A stretch of 64,000 bases of DNA from Octopus vulgaris (lineage: Eukaryota). Position 1 is the stretch's first letter. The number at the start of each line of letters is the position of its first letter. Below the pieces are notes generated by a model. That model was not told where the DNA came from. It saw only the letters and a list, made by a program, of their open reading frames with translations, and searched no databases. The position numbers and the translations under genes were made by a program. The stretch lies in the NCBI GenBank assembly GCA_951406725.2, contig OX597828.1, positions 30,876,001-30,940,000 on the forward strand, written 5' to 3'. Of the stretch, positions 12,447 through 27,271 are shown piece after piece.

Positions 12447-12600
12447 CGTTGGCTGATTGGCTGATAGCATAAAACCTCTACATAATTTTATCAAATGTTC
12501 AGTGTCCCGGTACATTGTCGGTCAATACACGTAAATTCTCACTAAAGATTTCATTCTTGACATCCCCGGGTGTCTACTATGAAATTTCTGTAATATCCGT
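12447..12600 (-). repeat. ~154-bp direct duplicate of the Gypsy integrase zinc-finger segment at 11509-11662
   Basis: Near-identical sequence with only a few substitutions. Confidence 0.9.
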
Positions 12601-14149
12601 AGGAATGTTCATTTGCGCTGGCCTTTAGCTTTATGATAACCTCAGCTGCGCAGTTGATTTCGGCAAATGTACACAGTTTCTCTTCTCTATCCCAAATTAC
12701 TAATTTGCAAAAAAGGCTCATTCAGTTAATTCATCTCAAGATTAAGCAGTTATTAAACACGCCTGATAGATGTGGCTTCAAAGTTGGAGATAGTATTCAT
12801 CGTATTTTCGATAAATCGTCTCCCACGCAAAATACGTGACCTGTCGCTTCGAGTTACGATGTGTGTCTATACGTATGCATGTATGTAAATATTTATGTAA
12901 TTGTATATGTATGAATGTATTCCAGTTGCGTCTGGTTACATAAGAAAGGTGTCTACTTACAATATATTCACTGAAGGCTGATATAGTAATTTCATGGTTG
13001 AATAACGTATTCAGAAACAGTATTAATTTCACTTCCGTAATTTATTTGCTAATATAGCATATTCAAATAGGTAAAAGAAAATAAGAATGTAAACTGAAAA
13101 TATTTACAATCTTCCGAAAAATAATGTACGAAGTGTACGTAATAAATTTCATAATGCTGTCAGTTTCTATCGTGGTTTTACAATGCTATGTCCATTGCAA
13201 TTGAATACTAAAAGTTTGTTTCAATGCCAAAATCTACTCTATGTCATCTGTAAGTTTGTGTACCAACGTGAGTTAGGTTAGTGTACCAATCACTACGCAT
13301 CATTTATTTTTGCATGGCAAATATACACGCTTTTTTAACGAAAATAATCGAAATTTAACTATCGAAAATGTCAATCAGGGCTCAAAAGGTGGTATCATAT
13401 ACGGAGCTACACACAGTTCCAAGTCTGCTAAAGACCATCACAACTATTTGTCGTTTCAGAATTTTAACTCGTCATATAGAGACAATAACGAAAGACCGTG
13501 ATTTCCTCATACACTCAGTTCCAGACAAATATTAAATGAAAAACAGTTACATTAACAGTCTATGATTTTGAATTTACAATGTTATGGAAAATCTTTATTC
13601 ACTACTATTTTCCCCAAAGATTTGATTTTCAATATCTGGTGAGAATAAGAGTTTGTTGTTACTATGAAATCACTCATTTGATACAGGATTTTTAGTATGG
13701 TTCAAATCAAATCCCCAATCGTTTGAAAAATTACATTGATTCTAGATATATCTTCGTTAGCACCCAACCCACATTTCAACGATTCCGCACCTGCAGAACA
13801 TGACATTAACTTTGAAGGAACATGCGGTCTGGCAAATTTCATTAAAAGGATGCAGCTCTCTCTCGAATTTGTCTTTGAATAACAGTTATATAATTAAAGG
13901 CATATAATTACTGTTTGGCTAATAGCTAGGTTGTGCAAACTACGGAATTTCTGTGTCTGTTAATTATCAGAGATGATACAAAATCAGCCAAAATGTGACA
14001 TTGATTACGCAGATATTTTGCAAACGTTATTTGTGAATATAATGCTCAGCACCTAGTATAGTTTGGTATTCTAACGATATATATTTTATTAGCTCACTTT
14101 AAAATTTACTTCATGAAAAATGCTTTGAAGTGAATATTTTTATATAACT

Positions 14150-14840
14150 GGAGGCTTTTCAGTTTTTGTACCACTATTCCATCCAGAAATATAAATATAG
14201 GGGATGCATTTGTTCATGGTTGTTGCAAATAAGCAATGCGTAGGTAAATCAAACAAAACTGAACGCATAGATATGTTTTGTTAAGTTCTTAAACACCTTT
14301 TTGAAAGCATTATGACTGAAAAAAAGGTCAAAAACGAATGGTAAAATGTTGAAACCTTATCAAAGAATGACACTTTTGATACTGGAGATATTACATTTTT
14401 CTAACATTTTAACATTAGATATCTTATCCAATCGTTTTATGCTGCAGATATTGAACACACATACATCAAGTTGCTTCACATACCTGTAGTAAGTAATCCG
14501 TGCTTCTGTCCCATACAAAATAGGTTCTACAAGATTTGTATCCACTTTTTTTAGCTTTTAGACTAACACCTTGTTCATCATCTCACAAACGACAGTAAAG
14601 TTTTCAAAATCTTTTATTGCCTTACATATTCTAACATTGATTTCATTTTCAGCAATTTTAAAGTTTACTATACTTTCAAGGTATTTAAATGGCCTGATCC
14701 AGTTGAATGGATTATTACCAATGATCACATTTGAATGTGGAGGGTGTTCTGTCTCAGTATTTGGTTGGCATTAAACTTCAGTCTTCTTGATGGTGATAGT
14801 CAATCCGAATGCACAAGACGCCGCCGCATACCTGTGAAAA
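14150..14840 (-). pseudogene. RTE-clade LINE reverse transcriptase C-terminal relic
   Basis: AFGLTITIKKTEV...FKYLESIV...EINVRICKA...ILYGTEA...DKISNVKMLEKCNISSI on the minus strand. Confidence 0.8.
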
Positions 14841-14887
14841 AGTGAGTAATTAATTAATGAAATAAGTACGTAAGTAAGTAAGAATAA

Positions 14888-14889
<2 letters not shown>

Positions 14890-14975
<86 letters not shown>

Positions 14976-15050
14976 TGATGATGATGATGGTGGTGGTGGT
15001 GGTGATGATGATGATGACGGCAATAATAACAACAACAACACAACGATAAC

Positions 15051-15142
<92 letters not shown>

Positions 15143-15144
15143 TG

Positions 15145-15179
<35 letters not shown>

Positions 15180-15180
15180 T
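14890..15180. repeat. Compound trinucleotide microsatellite (AAT)n/(GAT)n/(GGT)n/(AAC)n
   Basis: Directly visible. Confidence 0.95.
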
Positions 15181-15597
15181 GAAGGAAAAACCTGTATAAA
15201 TGTATATTGGGTGGTGAAGGATTAAGTATACAACAGCCTATATTTCTTCGAATATGTTGCCGATACTCTGTATGCATTTGACTATGACTATACATAAAAG
15301 CACATACATTTATATTTTTATTGTTATTCTTGCAATAATGTCCACAGGCAATCATTCTTATGATAACATGGCCGTTTATTATATTTACTGCGTCATTAGA
15401 AGCATCGAGCTAAATGAAAATATATTAGCTGGACAAGGCTATTATTCTCCGGGCTCACATGATTACATTCAACTCAGTATGTAGCTTATGAATGCCTGGA
15501 CATAGATACACTACGAACTAATGCACGCTAATTTGAAAAGCTTCAATCAGCTCTGTAAACAAATAAGCATAAATCTATGCGGGTATGTATACGCATG

Positions 15598-15775
<178 letters not shown>

Positions 15776-15889
15776 TATCTTTCTATATATCTGCTTGTCT
15801 GTCTACCAGTCTATTTGTTTAAATATATACAAGTCACTGTTGATTTAACAGAAACGGTGAAGTACAGGACTCAATACTAATATGGAGTA

Positions 15890-15970
15890 TTCTTTACCAC
15901 ATTATGACTGGAAGTTTCCGATTCCCATTATTCTAAGTTGCTCGCTTCCGGTCATCAGCTGGTGAAAGAA
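15890..15970 (-). ncRNA. Type I hammerhead-like motif with intact core but disrupted proximal stem I
   Basis: Minus strand: TTCTTTCACCAG CTGATGA CCGG...TCG GAAA CT-TCC-AG TC ATAATG TGGTAAAGAA; GUC triplet; next to (TA)n. Confidence 0.5.
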
Positions 15971-15979
15971 CAAGAACAT

Positions 15980-16056
<77 letters not shown>

Positions 16057-18685
16057 TTATACATTTATCTATATAGGCGTCTCTATATGTATAAAGAATT
16101 TGTACGCATGCACAAATATAAACACATGCACACGCACATACACAGACAGAAACACATATACAGACATACATATATACACATATACACACATTAGAAGATG
16201 GTGTACATGTCGGGGTACATGTTTATGATTGTGCTTAATATATACGCAGACCATTACAAATTATGTAGCGAATGAGAAAATAGCGAACTTGCAGCATAAA
16301 ACACCATCTATACTAGTGAAACCACCTATGTCGGGCTGATATGGAAAACAATCCTAAATAATACGAAATATTAGTTTGGGAGATCCGAGGCGCTTTACAG
16401 TGAAATAATTAATTATGAAGGAACGCGTACCTTACAGAATTTTACGATAAATTCAGTAGTCTGATACTTATTGTTTTACTGTGCTTGGTGAAATGGGAAG
16501 GACCCATAGTGTTCGTCGTCATAGACTTTAGTAATCTGATACTCGTGCATTCGATGTTCTTTATGTTCTTTTTAAGCCGTTGTCAGTAAACACCAGTAGT
16601 AAAGACCGATGTATAAGGTGGAAAGTTGTGTAGAGCAGAACAAGGAGAGATGGAGGAAAGAATGGTGATATATGGGGAAAAGTATGGGAAACATATTGAT
16701 CAATGTGGAATGGAATATAGAAAAGCTATCTCTGAGGAACTTATAGCCGCAATAGAAAAAAGTTGAAGAGAGAGCATCTAGACAATTGAATAGGTCATTC
16801 CAGGATATCTCATTGTGAAAGTTTTCATTGTTCAAAATGAGATAATATACGAATAATTAGAGTTAATTTGTTCAACTCTCTCATGCTGAAACAAGTAAGT
16901 TTTCTTTTCAAGTTATTTTCTTTCCTGCGAAGAAAATAGATGCTTTCAACTGATACAGATTGGAATAGATTTGAAAATAAAATGATTCAGAACTTAACCA
17001 GCTTAAGAAAATTGAGCCTTATACATTCAATAAATAAAGCAAATATACTTTAAGAAATTATCATTATCCGATGTTATGTACATACTTTGAAACACATTTA
17101 TTCTTTCCTTTGTTACCGTTAACACTCACATCGAAACTTCTGCAAATTATTGTTTCTGTAGTTGTTCAGCATCATGTAAAAATCTGGTGAAGATTGCTAA
17201 TTACGACCATCCTGTCATGAGTTTTTACAGGCAAGTGTTTCATCAGGTGCATTGTTTAGGGTGTTGTTTCCTTTTTTAAATAAGACATTAAGCCTTTATT
17301 TGAAGGACAAACGTGATCTGCTTCATAGATTAAGTAACAGATCTTTGTATACAGTATTTGTTCCTTCGCTTTAGATTTAGTCCTACATATAAATTCATAC
17401 TTTCCTGAAAGCTAAGCACGACATAGTTATCTCCGTTTTCAAAGAATTTCCTTGTAATTGCTTTGACGGAGACAGATTTTCTTGGCAAATAATAAACAGT
17501 GGAAGAAAAGATGTGAAACCTAATTAATGTAGAAAATAAGGGAAAGCTCAACTTATTTCTAATTGAATATATTTTGCAGGAGCATATATATTCGCTAACT
17601 TGTTTGCAAGGTGAATATAATTAAAAAATAACTTACACAGTTTCACCTAATATATGTAATCGCAAGTATAACTAGAATAGCGAGTTATTTAAAACATGTT
17701 AAGCATTAGCTTATATACACTGTCTTGTAAACCTTTCTTAAATATAGACTTATGTATCAAATTACAAATTTCTCTCGCTGAGTAAGAAAGAGAAAGGAAT
17801 TTTTGCGTGTCAGAAAAGAAGCAAATGTAAGGACCTTAATTCCTGTCCAGCTATTGACTATTCTCTCAATGCTTACAACAGACAGGACACTGAGAATCTT
17901 CCTTTGGCTAATCGGTGATGTAAAGCCCAACAATTTTTTTTTATATCTAGTAATCAAGAACATAAGTGACGCGATTTCACAGTTGGTTAGATCCTTAATC
18001 TACATTACTGCAGTACAAGCTTAATAACTACGCAGTAACATATGCAAGAATGGTATTACAGACAAATCAAAATTATTAATAGAAAATCTCAAAAATTGTA
18101 ATTTCAAGATGTCACACATGTTACGTAAGGCACATGTTAGAGAAAATAAGTGACATTATACTAAATAAGCAAAGGATTATTGCGCTTAATTTAAATTCAA
18201 TTAACATTCACCTCCGATGCATTCAACTTAATAATATATCAACTTCTCCAAACACAATTGCTTAGCTGTATTAATTCAGACACAAAAGAAACGTTAATGT
18301 ATTCTTTTCATAAGAACGAACAAAAACGGCAAACAATATCGAAAATTTCGTGACACTCAGGAATTCCTGAAAATATTGTTTTAACAACAATGAATAAATC
18401 TGTTTTGTCTCAGTTTATTTTTCTTTGTATCTCCCATATGTAAGTAATTAAGCGAGATATCAGATTTCTCTATTGAAGAAATAAAGAATTTTGTGAACAA
18501 TAGCTGAAAAGGAAGATAATCAGATATCTTAGTTTTTGTTGTATTTCATGGATAAAAACGCATGAAATTGTATTGTATTTTGAGTGTGTGTATATGAGGC
18601 TATGAATATCTATATGTATTCGCATATATGAAAAATAGAAGTATGTGTCTGTGTATATATACGTACATGCATACATACATACACT

Positions 18686-18724
<39 letters not shown>

Positions 18725-20054
18725 CTTACACACACATACATGCGTATATATGCATATATATATATCTTTATATAGTATACATATGCGCATAAATATATCT
18801 ATGCGCGTGTGTCTAAGTGTGTGTGTGTTTGTTCTTTCTGTGTATGTTTGTGTGAGCCTATGTATTCATATATGTAGAGTTATCTCAATGGATTTCTGTG
18901 CAACATCAAATGAAAAGATGACGGGAGCATGCATTATTACATTCACAATATAATTATGTAATTATATTTTACAGTCGTGACCTGATATGACAAAGAGAAC
19001 TTCATATCGGAAAAGAAAGATTTATATTAATCTATGATTACATTATCGATAGCATATGAAATAGTGTACATGACTCCGAAATGATATTACACGAACAAGA
19101 AATATCATTTGTCACCCAATTCCGGAACATTGGTTCTACAACACTATGCCAGAAATATAGTGACATAGAACACATATACATACATACACACATAGACACA
19201 CACACGCAGGCAGAGACACGAATGTATACGTACATGTACATGGAATTCTTCATGTCCTAATACATCATGTCTTTTCCACAAACGGTTTAGAATATATCGA
19301 AAATAATTTAATTAAGGAAATAAGGTACGCAAAATAGATGTATAAACAAAAATCCGTTTGCATGAGTATTTTAGAAATCTCTGGAATAAGCGACCTGTGA
19401 CTAAGATATTAGTAATATTAGTACTGTTAGTGAAATGCAGTGATTTCTAAGTGCATTTTATACAACCTACATAGTCAATCTGATATAAAATCCATGACAT
19501 CGAATAATCTTAGTGCTGGTTAACATTCAATTATAACATTGTATATGTACGTCTGCTAGTTTTACACTTCTTTTAACGCCTTTAGCATACGCATGAGTAA
19601 AAATCACAGCGAGAGTTTTGTTTTCCGTCACAATCAAGGCAAAAGTTGTCCAGATGTTTACGTCTAAGAAACATTGCACATCTGAAATTTAGTATGTCAG
19701 TAGAGGGTTTAGCTCTAAACAGAACATGCATCCCTACAGTTAACGAAAACCTACATCTCTTTGTTCAATTGAAGTTTGCCGTCGAATGGTGTGTGGTAAA
19801 TAGTTGAGCTTTACGTCCCAAATAAAGCCACCTAATTTCGTGTCTGAGAGAACACTGGAGTTTGTGTATATATTTTCAATTCACTATTTGCATATATCAG
19901 CAGGTTTCTCATTCTTGACTGTCACAACTTGGAGTGGGCTTCTGTTGTAATTTGTGAGAGTCGAAGTCATAATGGCTATGCATGATCGTCATTAATACCA
20001 GGTAGGAAGCTCATTCTGTTACATATAGTCCGTAAGATTGTGTTAAGAGCTAGC

Positions 20055-20440
20055 TCCAAGTTTGAACTGCGAAGACCCTGACGTTTGAACTCTCGGCAGA
20101 GCATGCTTGATAAATTTAGGGGTTTATGATGGCGAAATCATCGCCGGGACCCAAAATGAATGAACTGCAAAAGAAATGTTACTTTGGAAATTTTAAAAGA
20201 TCATACTCAAATTATCAGTCTTCTCTTCCACATAGTAATAAGAATAAAGCTATAAAGTTGGCTACCCATATATGGGATCTAAACACCAACCTTATTGTGA
20301 CACACTATAAAGTGGAGTATCGCGGAGCGATAAAAACTACATGTAAACAGATCTATGAGAAGCAGGCTCTGTGCAAACGAAATATCTCAGATTCCTTCTA
20401 GATTCAAGAACTCCACAGCTGTACCTATTCGAATCATCGA
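20055..20440 (+). pseudogene. Degenerate Naiad-like PLE GIY-YIG endonuclease region
   Basis: NCEDPDV*TLGRACLINLGVY then FKRSYSNYQSS...KLATHIWDL aligns with the 38.6-39.3 kb ORF (NCPDKTTCPLNNNCLQKDLVY...FKTRWYAH...TLAAHIWYL). Confidence 0.7.
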
Positions 20441-21132
20441 AACTTATGTTTGTATGTTTGTATAGATGCATGTATTTAAGTATGTGTCTATATTATTAAT
20501 GATGGATGAAATGTTAGAACCCAAATGCAATTTTTGTTTTACCTAACAAAGCGAATGTCATGTAAGAATAACGAATACTGAAATATTGTTCCTCAGAAAT
20601 CCTCCCAGATAGGTGCTTGGTACATAGAAGGAAATACAAATATCATAGCAGCCGACAACCATCTGTGATGCGTTTTGGAACTCTAATATCATGTGATCTC
20701 ACATTACCAGACCTTGTGAGTCGTAGACGTCCAGAGCCCGCATACCGGGCAAATATTGCTGTCACGATATGTAAGAATATCAGTATATCTTTGGACACTG
20801 ATGTCGCAAATGACCTGTAAATTTATGAAAATTAATAACGATAGAACCAAGGTTAATACCAAACGGGAATGTCTATGTCCAATTTATTGACCTTAAAAGT
20901 TCCTTTCATATAGGCATTGGGTGACTAAAAGCACACACGCAAATCGTAACCGATGCTAGTTGTCTGATATGGGTTGGAACTGCCATATCTGTGATTTCAG
21001 TCTATTGATCGTTATAAGAGAGAGGTGTCTGGTGCCACGATATAAAGATTTTCAGCATTAAGATCCCATGACAGTCAAATCAGGTCAGGTATAATTTATG
21101 TGTATGCATCCATGCATCAAGCGCCTTTTGTA

Positions 21133-21620
21133 CGAGATGGTACCAAAATGTTCCAAGACTACTTTTGTTTAATAAAAAATAACCTATTTACCTAAGATTT
21201 AACTTCATCTCCTTCGAAATAGTCACCTTGTGCAGCAATTCACCGGCTCCAGCCTTCTTGCCACTTTTGGAATCCAGCCTGGAAGTCGTTATTTGTAAGA
21301 AAGTTGAGGACTTTCTGCGATTTGTTCTGGATCTCGACACCGGTATTAAAGCAGTGAGCTTTGAGCTGTCTTTTCAGCTTGGAGAAGAAATGGAAGGCTG
21401 CAGGTACTAAATCTTTTGAATAGGGCAGTTGCGGAAGAGATATAATGTTCTATCTTGCGAAAGCCTCATGTGTGAGGAGTACTCGATGACAGGGTGCATT
21501 TTTGTCATAAAGAATCCAGTTCTTCGCATTCTTTGATTTCGCCCAATGTTTACCCTCAAACATGGGATGACCTTTCAAGGATAACTTACCATTCGTTGTT
21601 CTAAGAAGGCATCTAAGATA
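21133..21620 (-). pseudogene. mariner transposase C-terminal relic with one end
   Basis: NWILYDKNAPCH...LPYSKDLVPAAFHFFSKLKRQLK...QKWQEGWSR*IAAQGDYFEGD; TA|CGAG terminus at 21131. Confidence 0.85.
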
Positions 21621-21638
21621 ATTTGCATATAAAGATTG

Positions 21639-21685
<47 letters not shown>

Positions 21686-21698
21686 TAGAGAGATAGAG

Positions 21699-21735
<37 letters not shown>

Positions 21736-21736
21736 T

Positions 21737-21827
<91 letters not shown>

Positions 21828-22462
21828 TAGATAGGTAGATAGATAGATAAAGGGAAAGATAAGAGAGGACATATACGTAACATGGACTAGTTATATTGTA
21901 AACGAATGTCTTCATGCATATTTTGGACGGTTGTTATAAAGTTGTAATTAGAATTCATAAAACCACCTAAGCACATGGTTTTTAAAATAAAATGAATAAT
22001 GTATGTAAAAAGCACGAAGCAAACGACAGCTGATTTTGTTATTCTTACTCATATGGACGTAATTCTAAATATAAAATGCAAATTCTTTCCTATTTCTTGT
22101 CAAGCATGAAATAATTTATGACGAAATCGCAATCTAATTTAAATAAAGCAACTCTCACCGAATTGATGTAAGCAGATGTGATTCCAATTGAAGTAGCCAA
22201 ATTAATAAGGAAGCATCCATAATGAAGCTAATCCAATATTTATATAATACATATGGGAATTTCTTAGCATATTTCGATAAATTTATCACACTTATTCTCA
22301 TTATTACTTATACACGATCTATCTTTAGGCATAGATATTTAGTTATAAATGCGCACATTATTACATATACATACATGCATACATACATACATATAAAAAA
22401 ACAGAGAGACAGATAGAGAGGAGGAGAGAAGGGATAGAAAGTGCGAGTACAGGAATGCATAC

Positions 22463-22541
<79 letters not shown>

Positions 22542-22790
22542 TTTGTAAATCTCCATCTATATGACTATAGACGAACGGATACGTATGTGTGTGTTTCTAT
22601 GTGTCCTGCCTTTGCTTCTGTATATAGAACGAAATATTTGAATTAATATATTTATGAATATGGACTTATATGTATGAGTGTATGTATGGGTTGGGTGATG
22701 GATGTTTGAATGGGTGCATGTGTTTATATATATGTATGTATGTATACATATATATATGTCGTGTGTATATATATGTATATATATATATAT

Positions 22791-23250
22791 TGGTAAAATG
22801 AGACATACTTATCTACATGGCCGAAACAGCTGTAAGATGTAACCTATACTTATATTTATATTTACTTATATGTATATTCTCTTTTTTATATATATCCTAC
22901 TTATTATACAACATCACTCTTTTATGTACGCTTTTTTATGTACATTCCTTTATATACACTGATTTGTTCTGCATTTTTATGTTTAACACTACAGTCTCTT
23001 ATGTGGTGGTTTAATAAAGTATGTGATTCAGTATTATCTGGTAATTGATATTTGATTTAGATGTATTTCTCTATTTTCTTATCTTGTATTAGTAATTTGT
23101 GGTAAATCATTTTACCTTGGCCCATATAATACAGTAAATGAATTGATTGCATCGCAATCCTTAACATTTATGTATTAACTTTGTTGGGTACTTCACTAGC
23201 AGTATATTGGATATATGTTATCCCATGGAGGGTTGCATTTACAACCCCTA
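22791..23250 (+). mobile_element. Probable PLE 3'-end relic (half hammerhead GGCC GAAACAGCTGTA)
   Basis: Same palindromic GAAACAGCTGTA as in the 4.2-kb element; CTGANGA half missing; flanked by (TA)n on both sides. Confidence 0.4.
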
Positions 23251-23328
23251 TCTCAATTTTTTTATATATATATATATGCATATATATATAAATGTATTTA
23301 TACAAATACATGTGTGTATGTATCTATA

Positions 23329-23598
23329 TTCTTTTATTCATTTAACTGTTTCAGTCATCTGACAGCGGCCATGCTGGGGTACCGCCTTTAGTGGAACAAA
23401 TCGACCACAGCACTTATTCTTTGTAAGCCTACTACTTATTCTATCGGTTTCATTTGCCGAACCGGCAAGTTATGGGGATGTAAAGACAACAGCACCCGTT
23501 CTAAAGCGATGGTGGTTGGGCGATCACAGACACACAAACATCCACACACTTACGTACACACACACACACACACACATACACACACACCCACAAACACA

Positions 23599-23679
<81 letters not shown>

Positions 23680-23824
23680 GTATCACAGGCTCTTTTCAGT
23701 TTCCATCTACCAAATCCACTTATAAAGATTTGATCGGCCCGATGCTATAGTAGAAGAAGGTGTCATGCAGTGGGACTGACCGAGAACCATGTGGCTGGTA
23801 AGCAAGCTACTTGCCCCATAGCCA
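23329..23824 (-). mobile_element. tRNA-derived SINE family 2 with internal microsatellite
   Basis: Reverse complement matches 30863-31268 (head, GTGGATTTGGTAGA, CCAGCATGGCCGC...TGACTGAAACA tail). Confidence 0.85.
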
Positions 23825-23904
23825 ATTTTGCGCCTCTCTCTCTCGGTATATATGTGTGTCCGTGTGTGTGTTTGTGTGCCTGCGTGTGTCTGTGTCTATA
23901 TCTG

Positions 23905-23945
<41 letters not shown>

Positions 23946-24049
23946 GCCTGTATAAATATATATATATATATATCTGTGTGTGTGTGTGTAATGCCCACGA
24001 ATGCATACACTCGTATGCATATGCACAGGCGAATCGAATAATCGAACAT

Positions 24050-24730
24050 TAAAATTCAAAATAACAAAACAAGGGATGTACTATTCTGACGCTCAGTAAA
24101 GCTAGGAAAGATAGGATTCTCGATGTTTCAAACATCCCACTTTGTCAGAAATGAAAACAGGAAAGAAAAAAATATAACTAACATCACATGTGTGTAGTTA
24201 TATAGCGGAAGTGACTGGAAGTGGAAAGAGATAGAGAATGATTTCTTTGGTGGACTGAAATGTGCGAAGTGATACGAGTAATGGAAAGGAGGTTTCGAGA
24301 TGAGTTAGTTAGAGGAGTAGAAAACGAGGGGTTAAAGAGCAATGAGCAATGTAGTGAAGCAGTGGAAAAACTGGACAATGAAATAAATAACCACGAGCAC
24401 AACAGCCCTTTTGAAAAGAAATTTTGTGCATGTGCGACAAAGAGGAAGATAAGAGGATGGAATTTTTTTGCGATACTATTAAACACTACTGTAATTCATA
24501 TTTCGATAGAAAGGAATTCGTGAAGATTACAGAGAATTTGCTTCAAGGAAGAAAATATAGGGAAGACAAAAAGAAAGCATGTAAGAAAATGAACGTCGGA
24601 CGTTTAGCGTTTGGCATTTTTGCAAGGGAGAGGAACACAGAGCAGGAAACAAAGAGAGCCAGAAATAGAAGAGGAAGTCAGTTGAAAATTGAAGACCTTA
24701 GAAACTATAGATGTCACCAGTTAATTTGTT
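24050..24730 (-). mobile_element. Highly degenerate PLE 3' region with decayed hammerhead (24116-24151)
   Basis: Minus strand TTTCCTGTTTTCATTT CTGACAA...GAAACATC resembles the 6.3-kb motif; upstream PCKNAKR*TS resembles a PLE Cys-rich linker. Confidence 0.35.
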
Positions 24731-26188
24731 TGATGTTAGCTTATTCATGTATCTTTTTTTTTTTTTAGATGAAATTACATGAGGATAGGAATGAATGACT
24801 TACAAATCTAATAACCAAACAACCACCGTGATTTTATTTTTAATTGGTTAGTATTCATTTCATTATTCGGCAGTGCTCCTTACGATTCTTTGTTATAGCT
24901 GAATATGTGGGAAAAAGGTCAAAAGCATGATTCCCATTATTAGTGCTTGTGAAAGTCTTGAGCAGAAAAAGTACCAATGCAGACACAACCCATTTCTTTG
25001 TCAATATTCTGTAAAAAAACAAACTGAAATTTAAAAAAAAATACATCACATTCGTTCACTATTTTACCTCAATATTTTAATATTATCAAATGGATACACC
25101 TGCTGCTGCTGCTGCGCATTATTTACAATGATTAACGTTTATAGTTTACAAAATTTACTTGTAGGTATCGCTAATACTCGATCGTGTAGTTCCTTGCAGA
25201 TACTGATTATGATAAAACAGAAAACTTTATTCTTACAAATTCTGAAACTTTCGTACTAATTTATTTATCCACTTTATTGCGTCATTTTATTACGTTTATT
25301 TATTTATTGCATTATCACTTAATAAGCTTTCCATCTCAATGACAATGCATCTATTTATGAATCTTTTTACACAACCGATGAACAATGTTGCCTCCTGTCT
25401 TTAGCTTAATGTCAACCCACACTTCATTTATCACTGTGTATACAGATGCATGAATGCATTACAAATTTGTATACATGCTTATATATACATATATATGTGT
25501 GTGTTTTTGCATCTATGCGTGTCTCACTATTCCCATGTTACTAAAGTGTATTGAATTATTGTTTCCAAGCGTTTTGTCTGGGAAATCAAGGTGATGAACT
25601 ACTAAATTAATGAGGCGTATCGATGCAGAATCGCAATCACTCATACGTCCTCTGATCTCCAGGTATGTAGAACACATTTTTCTTAAACTTTTATATCCGT
25701 CTAATCATTTATCATTCTGTCTGTCTATGTATTAATATCTCTATCTCTTTCTCTTCTCTTTATTTCCATTATATATATATATATATATAAATGGACAACC
25801 TAGAATCGGATAATGTAGGACTGATTTCTGACCCTTCAAATACGTTTGACAACGTAAATTTGATTAGTCTTCATCAGCTGTATTTACCTAGACAAGATTT
25901 CAAATGTTGCCGCATCAATTCCAGTATACTCGTCTGAACGCCAAAACGTTAATAGAACGAGAACAGTGAAGAAGTTTCAATGAAAATAATAATGCAATAG
26001 GATTGTATTACTTTCCAGTAAAAGATAGCCCATAAGGGTAAAATTATACATATAAAAATAGATAAATGTTACAACAAGACACCAATATTTACTGGAAAAT
26101 AGCAATCGTAATAAATATGACGCTATTGTATAGCTTCACTGCGTATATACTAGCAAAGACGCGTGTGTGCAACAAACATGAAAAAATG

Positions 26189-26281
<93 letters not shown>

Positions 26282-26740
26282 GTTACAATGACTACAGTTA
26301 GAGATAGAGAATATCTAATCAATTGCTGGCTTGTTACCTATAATTTTGATGTGAATTATAATATTCCTGAAGTGATAAGTTTAAGTATAAAACATTGTAA
26401 ATATTGAAATTAAAATCCAGAAAATGAAGAAGTAGCGTTGATACGATTTATTAACTGCGAAATATTAAACGCTCCCTAACGATATGTCATTTTATTTTTC
26501 TTTATTCCCCTGGCAAGATTTTGCTCCCCAACATTTCTTGCTACAGGTCAACCCTTTTATATCTATGTAATATAATTTTTTCTGGAACTTCAGATTTTTA
26601 AATTATGGTTGACGACTAGTTTTAAATTGATAGTAATCAAAGTAATATTCAATTTTTCACCCTCATTATTTTATATATATACTCACACGCTCACATACTC
26701 AGCAACCCCCGCTCCGCACATATATATTATAGATAGATAG

Positions 26741-26790
<50 letters not shown>

Positions 26791-26793
26791 GGA

Positions 26794-26850
<57 letters not shown>

Positions 26851-27209
26851 TTTACCGATCTGTCTGTAATATCTGAGCTGATGGACGTACTTCCACGACC
26901 ATGATACATTAAGTAATACGAGGAACTAATTCAAATTAGTCCTCTATATTTTCAATTCCAACTGTGTTGCATTCCAGTTCAGTTGGAATACTTCGCTGTC
27001 ATTCTCGCATATGTACATGCATAAAATATATATAGAGAGGTTGAAGACCCTCTTCGCTCATCAATGACCTTTGGATTGCACCGAGAAATTTCTCATCCGA
27101 GGCGCAAGTCTTGGCTAGCCACCGTTGTTTTCCATGAAAAAGTCTAAGAGATCGATAAAGCTTGACACTAGTGACATCGCCACAACGTCAAAATAAATTA
27201 TATGCATAG

Positions 27210-27271
<62 letters not shown>

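Noticed and set aside
12600-12830. CKLVIWD on the minus strand, reminiscent of PIF1/Helitron helicase
   Set aside because: A single short motif without recognisable flanking motifs.
25835-25885. Minus-strand CTGATGA AGAC...GTC AAACGTA
   Set aside because: G12 is missing and stem I does not pair; too degenerate to call.
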